Positions 54,400 to 64,000 of a stretch of DNA of 64,000 nt are shown one piece after another (positions within the stretch are counted from its first letter, which is position 1; each line of letters begins with the position of its first letter). The notes beneath the pieces were generated by a model. That model had not been told where the DNA came from. It made no database searches and saw only the letters and a program-made list of their open reading frames with translations. The stretch comes from Octopus vulgaris (taxonomy: Eukaryota), in assembly GCA_951406725.2 (NCBI GenBank), contig OX597814.1, forward strand, positions 104,408,001 to 104,472,000, in the 5' to 3' direction. Both the position numbers and the translations under genes were made by a program.

Positions 54400-54742
54400 A
54401 GGCACTGAGTTAAAACCCCAATGGGAACGCGCTAGAATGTATTTGTCTTATGGTTAAGGTCTGTAATGTTGAATGTTACATACTTAGATACATCAAAGAC
54501 AAAGAGGATAACGATGGACAAGCTTTCGAAACCTCTAGCTTCTATATTCAGATTAAAAATTTACGTTTAGACCAATAATAATAATAGGTGCGCTTGGATT
54601 TGTGAGTAAATGCCTCAGTGACAATCTGGATAAGCTTGGATTTTCAGAAAAAGAAGTCAATCAACTAAATCGCATATTTCAAATACAATTTGTAAGGAGA
54701 ACAGTAAAAATATGCAAGATATTTATCAAGTTTAAACTGTGA
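54400..54742 (+). mobile_element. Second R4/Dong-like LINE 3' fragment
   Basis: PIIIIGALGFVSKCLSDNLDKLGFSEKE...TVKICKIFIKF; homologous to 52230-52390. Confidence 0.65.
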
Positions 54743-55097
54743 TTTTGTTTTCGTTATCTACATTCCGAAGATGTATCTTTGTTAAAAACTAGCTCCTTCT
54801 TCAGAGGAAAAAAATTAGATAATTAAAAATACTAGAGAACATACACACAAACATACATACATACATACACATACATACATACATACATACATACATACAT
54901 ACATGCATACACACACATACATACATACATACATACATACACACATATATACACACATACATACATACATACATACATACATACATACATACATGCATAC
55001 ACACACACACATACATACATACATACATACATACATACATACATACATACATACATACATACATACATACATACATACATACATACATAGGGTAAAG

Positions 55098-55415
55098 TTA
55101 GTAAATAAAGACCCCGTTCGGTCATGAATAACTATGGGATTTTATCTAGAAAGTTACCTTCCGAGGCACAAATCTGGGCAACGTTTTTTATGTGACCAGC
55201 AGTCACCCATGCATACCAGCCTCTCCACTCCATGCCACCAGTGTTATCCAAGGGAAAGTTAAAGGGGCCGATACAGCTTGTCACCAGGGACATTGCAACT
55301 CATTTCTATAGCTGAGTGAACTGGAGCAATGTGAAATAAAGTGTCTTGCTCAAGAACTCAACACACAGATCGGCCTTGGAATCGAAGTCACTATCTCGTG
55401 ATTGTGAGCCCGACG
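55098..55415 (-). mobile_element. SINE family A, 5'-truncated
   Basis: Colinear with 1488-1770. Confidence 0.8.
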
Positions 55416-56466
55416 ATACATACATACATATATATATACACGTATTGATCCACTCTAAGCCATAGTAGGAGACATGTTTAAAGTGATGTGCGTGGATTCG
55501 AACTCAGAATGCCATGTTTTACGAAAACAACTCCTGCCGAACCACTTCTAGGAAAACATTACAGAGTAAAAAACACTCAATTGATTTATAACATCACACT
55601 TTTTGAAATATAATTGTTTCCTTCTTTAATATGTTCTTGTATTTTTGGGCATTTTAGCTTTACGCTACTGTCACCTTTTCATTAAACTCAATTAAGTAGC
55701 CTTTTATAATTAGTTGATTAAGCGCATATCTTATCAAACGCTACAAACAGTTCCATTGATTTCTTTTCACCGTGAGCGATAGATGCTGCAACTTGAAGAC
55801 TTTCTGTTTCTCCTCGATCAGTAAATTCTTGATCTTGTCCGAGAAAGTAGAACTGGTCTTCTGCTAGGAACCCCGTGACCTCGTGGCATCAATTATTGTT
55901 CACAGTTCTGGCACATAAAAGAGACCACTATAAACAGAACTCGTTAAACATCGATCGTCCTTTCCACCCAAATCATATTCTGGTACAATTAACGAAACTT
56001 ATTGACAGCTTTTCGGAAGTGGTTGGAGTAACAGGAACAGAAGGAATAAAACGGAACAGAGAAGAAGGAATCAAACCGAGCCGATAAATTCTTCACTTCT
56101 AATACGTATATGAGTGAAGAGCTTAGCATTGTATTTACGTTAAGCTTTTGTATCAATAGGAATGTCTTTTCTTTCCACTCGGTCAAATATTAATTTCCTT
56201 TCGTCACGATTAAAATGGAAGTTTCAATTCTTGATCTTTCTCTCACCACTGGAAAATAAAGAATTTTGGAAGGACCATTATATAAGAGTCCTCCTAGACG
56301 TTCCCCCCACCAAGAACAGTAATTACTAAGTTCCATAGTTGCAAACAATTGTTAAATTGCAATTGAAGAGCTATTCATTCTTCAACAGGTTCTCTGCGGT
56401 GTTTCCGTTACATGCAGGAATCATTTAAGACAGTTTTCGTTAAGTTTACCGAAAAGACTTTGAACC

Positions 56467-56569
<103 letters not shown>

Positions 56570-56814
56570 TACACGCACCTACGTGCATACAAGCATAAAC
56601 TAATCTTTAGAATCTCAGGTAGATATTCTCAAAAGATTTAAGCAATGAGAACATTACAAACTAGCAACACACTCGATATTTATAATATTTTAATATTTAA
56701 TGGTTATCTAAGGCGGCAAACAGGCAGAATCGTTAACACACAGGGATATAAATCCGTGGCGACATTTCGTATTTTCTGAGTTCAAATTCCGCCAAAATCG
56801 AATATATACATATA

Positions 56815-57022
56815 TGATAGATCGTTAGCCACTGCACACATTTTCTCTCTCCTTTTTTCTCTCCTTGTTTCTCTCCTTGTTTTTTCTGTGTTCCATTCTG
56901 TAGAAGAGCATAGGCTCCAAACGTAAAAGACTTTTTCTATTCCTGAGCGTTATACTAATACAGCTGTTTGTTTTGTACACCACCTGTCTTCGTCTTTTGC
57001 TTTTTTGTCGTAAACTCCCTAT
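56815..57022 (+). mobile_element. PLE-pLTR-like repeat with hammerhead-like motif at 56895-56928
   Basis: AUU-CUGUAGA-A-GAGC(auag)GCUC-CAAA-CG-UA-AAA. Confidence 0.6.
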
Positions 57023-57096
57023 GCATATATATATATATATATATATTGAAAAAAGTCAAGATAGAAAATGCTAAGATGGTTATATAAAAAACATTT

Positions 57097-57132
57097 CAGT
57101 ACCGGTTTTAATCATTGAGACTTTTTCAACTG
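57097..57132 (-). ncRNA. Degenerate U3-A8 hammerhead motif
   Basis: CAG-UUGAAAA-AGUC(ucaau)GAUU-AAAA-CCGG-UA-CUG (G12 changed to A). Confidence 0.45.
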
Positions 57133-57279
57133 TAACAATTAAACAATTAAATTTAGAAAAATTAAGAGAAAAGTTTTTTTAAAAGAATATTTGTATAGTG
57201 TTCAAATACAAGGGGCATGTTCCTTGTTTCTGCCTGTCTCCGTCTCTCTTGTTTACTCTTGTGGGTTCGAGATCGTAAT

Positions 57280-58764
<1,485 letters not shown>

Positions 58765-58874
58765 TACTTAAATTTTCCTCGAATGGGGCTTTTACATGCC
58801 GAAATCTACTTGGTGTAATTGATAATTATTCCAAATTAATTAATTTCACCCTATATATATATATATATATATAT

Positions 58875-59425
58875 TTGACGGGTTTCCTTAATTTTCCGTC
58901 TACCAAATCCACTGTCTTGCCTTTGGTCGGCCCGAGGCTATAGTAAAAGGCACTTCCCGAAGTTTCCACGCAGTTAGACTGAACCCAGAACATTTGGTTT
59001 GGGAAACTTCTAACCACACAGCCATACATATGTATATATATATAAATTATCGTTTACCTCCTTCACTCATTGGATATCGGCCATGCTGGGGCATCGCCTT
59101 GAAGGGTTTACTCGAACACATCGACCCCTCTATTTATTCTTAAAACCTGGTGCCTATTCTTTCAGTTTCTTTTGCCGAACCGCTAATTTACAGGTTGACG
59201 TAAACAAACCAACGTCGGTTGTCAAGTGATGCTGGGGCAGAAACACACACATTGGTACATACATGAACACATACACTCAGTGGTATTCTTTCAGTTTCCT
59301 TCTAACAAATCCACTCTGTAGTCGGCTCCAGACTATAATAGAGGACAGTTACCCTCGGTGCCATGCAGTGGGACTGAACCCGGAATCATTTGATTGGGAA
59401 ACAAACTTCTTACCACGCATGCGAC
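58875..59425 (-). mobile_element. Two adjacent SINE-B copies (head at 58875-59030; near-full copy at 59050-59425)
   Basis: Colinear with 31248-31717. Confidence 0.75.
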
Positions 59426-61545
59426 CATGTATATAACATATAATTAACAGAGGATTTAAATGTGAGCTCGCACAATTTTCATGCTTAGATAGTACAGTAT
59501 CCGGACAATTTTGTGTAGCCTAAAATACCCTCTCCTACAATCGTTCAGGCCCCAAATAAACATAGCTAGAATCTAATATGAGCGAGAAAAAACGAGAATA
59601 AAACAACAGAAAAGCGAGAAAAAGAAGGTTTGGAGAGATGGGAAATAAGAGTTATATCCCTTTGTTCCATTAGAACGGGAATTAACAATGGTTGGTGGGG
59701 TTAACCCGATGAGAAAAGGCTAAAGCTTATACGGCTATCTACTTAATTCGGAGAGAGCGGTGTTTTTCTTAGTTCGATAGCAGAAATTATCGAGATACTT
59801 GTAAATTTGTTAAAACTTACGATTTCGTTCAGTTTTAAGATTTAGAAAGTATATGCGTTCTTGCAGCTATACAAAGACTGCATGGCGTTGACTCAAAAAT
59901 ATATAGCGTAGATCACTTAACGACGGTTCACTTGATGATGTGTATGTTTGGCCTCCAGGTCCCAGATACGGGTATCAAGCTCAGTGGCTTTCTTCTCATA
60001 AACGACACCACAGAAGACCAGTGGTTAACCTATTTTTAAAAAAATTTGATATAGTCCAGTATATTTTTTATTTTCAGTTTCATTAGTTTGCAATAACTGA
60101 GGTGACCTTGGTTTCGTATACGACTGAGCTAACCATGCATGCCTGGTCTATCATGCTGAATCTCCCTGCGGAGTTCTCATCCGCTTACACGTTAATGTCA
60201 CGAGCAGGCTGTTCCGTTGATCGAATCAAATGGAACACTCATCGTCATAAACGATGGAGAGCAAAGTCAGGCATGTCTGGTCGAGTGGACAATTACCTAG
60301 GTTCATAAAGTTACATTTTGGAGTGGGAACTTGGTGTGACTTACACGAAAATATGATTTCCTGGGGCAGCAGCTGTAAGAAACGTTCACAAATTGTATAT
60401 TACAAATTTTCTTATACCTATGACTCTTCGGGAAATGCTTATCTCCGAAGGACAAGAATTTCCTAACTATGTTAGTCTTAGCATTCAAGAAAATGAGTAG
60501 GATTGGACTATATAATCTTCCTAGGTCTATTTATAGGCTTGTTTTTTTTTTTAACGGTCCCTATGTTTGGGCTTGGGCGCACCTCTGTATTTAATGGATA
60601 CGCTTATGTTGATAAATGTCGACTCAATAGTGAATATAGCTATTTTTTGCGAATGAAAATGAGCTTCAAAACGACGATAATATTTTAGATCATCAACTGA
60701 AAATTTGAGTTCACAGCCACAACTATTAGATAAATGTCTCCTGCAATACAGAACAATGAAGTTTTGCATTCTGTGTATGAATCTCCAGACCACCAAAGAA
60801 AGACATTTTAAAATAACGAAGTCAAATATGTTTTTTCATAATGGTTTACAATTAGATTGTTTTGGTACATGGATACTGGAGTGGTCAGCTATACTAGTAT
60901 CGAACCGACAAATTCGGTTAAAGTCGAGGATTTGAATGAGGTTTGCTACGTATAGGGCTTCCTTTACTCGTGTCTTCAAAATATTTCTTCTTCTTCTTCT
61001 TCTTCTTCTTCTTCTTCTTCTTCTTCTTCTTCTTCTTCTTCTTCTTCTTCTTCTTCTTCTTCTTCTTCTTCTTCTTCTTCTTCTTCTTCTTTCTTCTTCT
61101 TCTTTCTTCTTCTTCTCCTCCTCCTCCTTCTTCTTCTTCAAGCCATAAGCAAATATCAATCTTCTAGTTTTTCACTGAAAAGCTTGCACCTGGGTCCATA
61201 ACCATAATCCCATTGTTTTAAACATTTCGAACACATACACACACACACACACATATGCCCGAATGTATATATGTATGTAATTTCAACAATATAATAATAG
61301 CAGGAACAACTTTGGCATAAAACTTTCACCACCATCACATTCACCAGCAGCACCATCGCCACCACTTATGTAATCCGATTTACAAACGAAAACCTACAGT
61401 ACTACTCTAAATTGAAACAGAATACAAGAAAAAAGAAAGAAAAAAGGAAATCTTTGAATAGGGATTTATATAATACGGCCAAATCCGTGCAAGTACATTT
61501 AGTTAATCGGTCGCACGATATAGAATATAATATAATGTAATGTGC

Positions 61546-61577
<32 letters not shown>

Positions 61578-61714
61578 TACACACACACACATATATATAT
61601 GTATGTATGTATGCTTGTGTGTGTGTATATCATCTGATATTTGTGCAGTCTGTATAATACCTGCTTATAAGTTCGTACACAAAGACATCATATGGACTAT
61701 ATATCCATGAAGGC

Positions 61715-61752
<38 letters not shown>

Positions 61753-61769
61753 GTGTGTATGTATGTATA

Positions 61770-62090
61770 TATATGTAAGGAGCTTGCTCCCCAATGACAT
61801 GGTTCCTATTTGAGTTCCATTACATATCACTTTGGGCAAGCGTCTTCTGCTATAACCTCAGTCCTATCGAAGCCTTGTGAGTGGATTTGTTAGATGGAAA
61901 TCGAAAGAAGCCCGTTGTATATCTATCTATCTTGAAAACCTGCGTTGGTATGTTTACGTCCCCGTAACTTAGTGGCTCGGCAAAAGAGACTTGTAGAACA
62001 AGTACCAGGCTGAAATCCTTCAAGGCAGTGCTCAAACAAGGGTGCAGTTTAATGAGAGAAAAATAAGCATGGGTGCAGTCTAATAAGTGA
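61770..62090 (+). mobile_element. SINE family B, diverged
   Basis: gccttgtgagtggatttgttagatggaaa...gtttacgtcccgtaacttag. Confidence 0.75.
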
Positions 62091-62226
62091 AAAAAAAAAA
62101 ACCCCAACATATTTCCATGCCTAAGTGCGCATGTCTCGACACCGTTAAGCCTATTGTCTCAAAGTTTTAATGCGACGTCTGATAATTATGGCGCTGAACT
62201 GTCACAATTTGTGTTTATATAACATA

Positions 62227-63458
62227 CTAGCTTAAGGTGACCCGCTCTACGCGCGGGTGATGTTTTGGTTGTTGGACTAACGAATTAATGTAGCAGTTGA
62301 AGGTCGTGGCACATTTGGGTTTTTGGTGTTCTTTTTTAAACCTGGTATGCTCGTTGTTCCGAAGCATGTCATTGCGAAGCACGAATTAAACCTATTAATT
62401 CTTTCACGAAAATGCTTAGCACTGTCAGATGGACTTGTAAGCAATTCTCGAAGAACCTGAGGTGGCTCAGCTAGCGGTGGGAGTCGGACTTTTCCTTTAG
62501 AGCAGCAAAGACCGGGAACATCGAAATCCCACTTTTTGGCCCCACAGGAGGAACAAATTTTGTCCATCTTTCCGATGGTCACTTTGTCGTTGTTGGCATA
62601 GTTTTTAGCAGGATCGTAGTCGAAGGCGGCCCTGTACCAGATCTCGTCCCTCTTAGCAGCATTGTGTTGCTGGATTTTTCGTCGCGCTGTAGACCGTCTA
62701 ACTTGTCTCTGCTCTGCAGTCTTGTTGGTGTTTTTTTGTTGTGCTTGAATGTGCTCGGCAGCGAGACGTGCCTCCCTTTCATCATGTGTCTCAGCAAGTC
62801 TCGCCATTCGGCTTCTTTCGCGTTGGGCAGCAAGACGTGCCTCCCTCGCAGCTGGAGTCTCTCTCATACATGAGAGCGTTGCCGCTGAATTCGTCTGGTA
62901 CGCATGTAAGCTTCTCTTTGTTCAAATAGTTGTGAGCTGCTGGAGTCATTTCTCTGATGGGTAATAGGAATTTCCCTATCCTCCGAGGAAACGAACTGTT
63001 GAACAGTAGAATTAGAATTCATTTTAATAAAAGCATCAATTTCAAAAAAAAATAATAAAGTAGTAACAAATGAAAATGTATTAAAGTGGAGGGAAGGGAG
63101 AAAGAGAGAGAGACGGAGGAAGACAGGCAGTTAGCCAAAGAAACGACAATCATACAGTGAGGGGGATGGTGGAAGAAAGAGTAACAGACTCTATCAAACG
63201 ACGTTATAGAGAGAACGTGAAAGGAAGGGAGGAAAGAGAGAGAGACGGAGGAAGAAAAGGTCATATATGAAAGAGAGAAGACTTGTCAAAGTGTTCGTTT
63301 TTTGCCCTAGTAACCACACCTTTTAAGATAGGGATTTCTAACCTAGCCCACTCGCATCCTCACCTCATTTTACATGTCCCTGTAAATTTTAGAGTCGATC
63401 CGAAGGGATCTAGTGGCCTTTAAACTTTTTGCATTTCAGAATTATAATATAGAGAAGA
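62227..63458 (-). mobile_element. Internally deleted Helitron retaining the RepHel N-terminal region
   Basis: 5' A|TCTTCTCTATATTATAA at 63459/63458; 3' hairpin acccgc-gcgtaga-gcgggt + CTAG|T at 62230-62226. Confidence 0.88.
62277..62867 (-). CDS. Helitron RepHel N-terminal fragment (STPR-like repeats plus Cys cluster), 196-aa open frame
   Basis: ETPAAREARLAAQRER repeats; IGKMDKICSSCGAKKW...CCSKGKVRLPPL...HFRERINRFNSCFAMTCFG. Confidence 0.75.
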   Translation of the reverse strand: MRETPAAREARLAAQRERSRMARLAETHDEREARLAAEHIQAQQKNTNKTAEQRQVRRSTARRKIQQHNAAKRDEIWYRAAFDYDPAKNYANNDKVTIGKMDKICSSCGAKKWDFDVPGLCCSKGKVRLPPLAEPPQVLRELLTSPSDSAKHFRERINRFNSCFAMTCFGTTSIPGLKKNTKNPNVPRPSTATLIR

Positions 63459-63566
63459 TGATGTTTATACATGACATGCTCAAGCCTTACCGCAAAAATC
63501 ACTACATACCATGTTTTATGAATAAATGCACTTATTAACAAACACCCATATTTGTAAATATGCATG

Positions 63567-63614
<48 letters not shown>

Positions 63615-63619
63615 CATAT

Positions 63620-63653
<34 letters not shown>

Positions 63654-64000
63654 CATACAAGTGTAAAAAATAAACATACACTAACACACAGGGACATACA
63701 CAATCATCGTGAATACTGTACATATGTAGAGAAAGAGTGAGAAAAGTGTAGTGAATATATATATATAGAGAGAGAGAGAGAGGGGAACATTTAGAATGAG
63801 AAAAGCGTCAGGGAAATACAGATAGAGAGAGAAGAGGTATCTTTTCTGTTGTGACAGATTTCGAAATTTTATAATAAAGTGTAAGTTTTCAAATTTGGTA
63901 TATTGATGTAATGTTTCACGCTGAATACGATTTTGTGATTAATTTATTCTAGAAAATACTTCGAAAAATGTTACAGAAGTTTAAAGTTTGATAATTTTTA

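Noticed and set aside
60689-60935. Open frame after ttttag
   Set aside because: No recognisable protein or supporting splice partner; too weak to call an exon.

Overview
Repeat-dominated, AT-rich eukaryotic DNA. The SINE/LINE repertoire and extreme (TA)n/(CA)n/(TATG)n load strongly suggest an octopus (coleoid cephalopod) intron or intergenic region; this is an inference. No complete host gene is visible, and nearly all ORF-track entries are microsatellite translations. Recognisable content: five Helitron derivatives plus one 5'-only piece (two keep Pif1-helicase or Rep N-terminal coding remnants), two mariner relics (one internally inverted, one inserted into an RTE LINE), and LINE fragments of RTE, CR1/L2-like, Vingi/Ingi-like, R4/Dong-like, I/Nimb-like and Penelope type. 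At least three tRNA-like SINE families are present. Most notable hidden structure: (i) about a dozen minimal type-I hammerhead-ribozyme motifs in Penelope-like pseudo-LTR fragments, including a four-copy family with a fixed non-canonical CUGUNGA core, U3-A8 covariants and long-loop-2 variants; (ii) a recurrent fold-back architecture, often centred on (TA)n, including a young GC-rich RTE fragment framed by near-perfect inverted arms. Many repeat boundaries are approximate.
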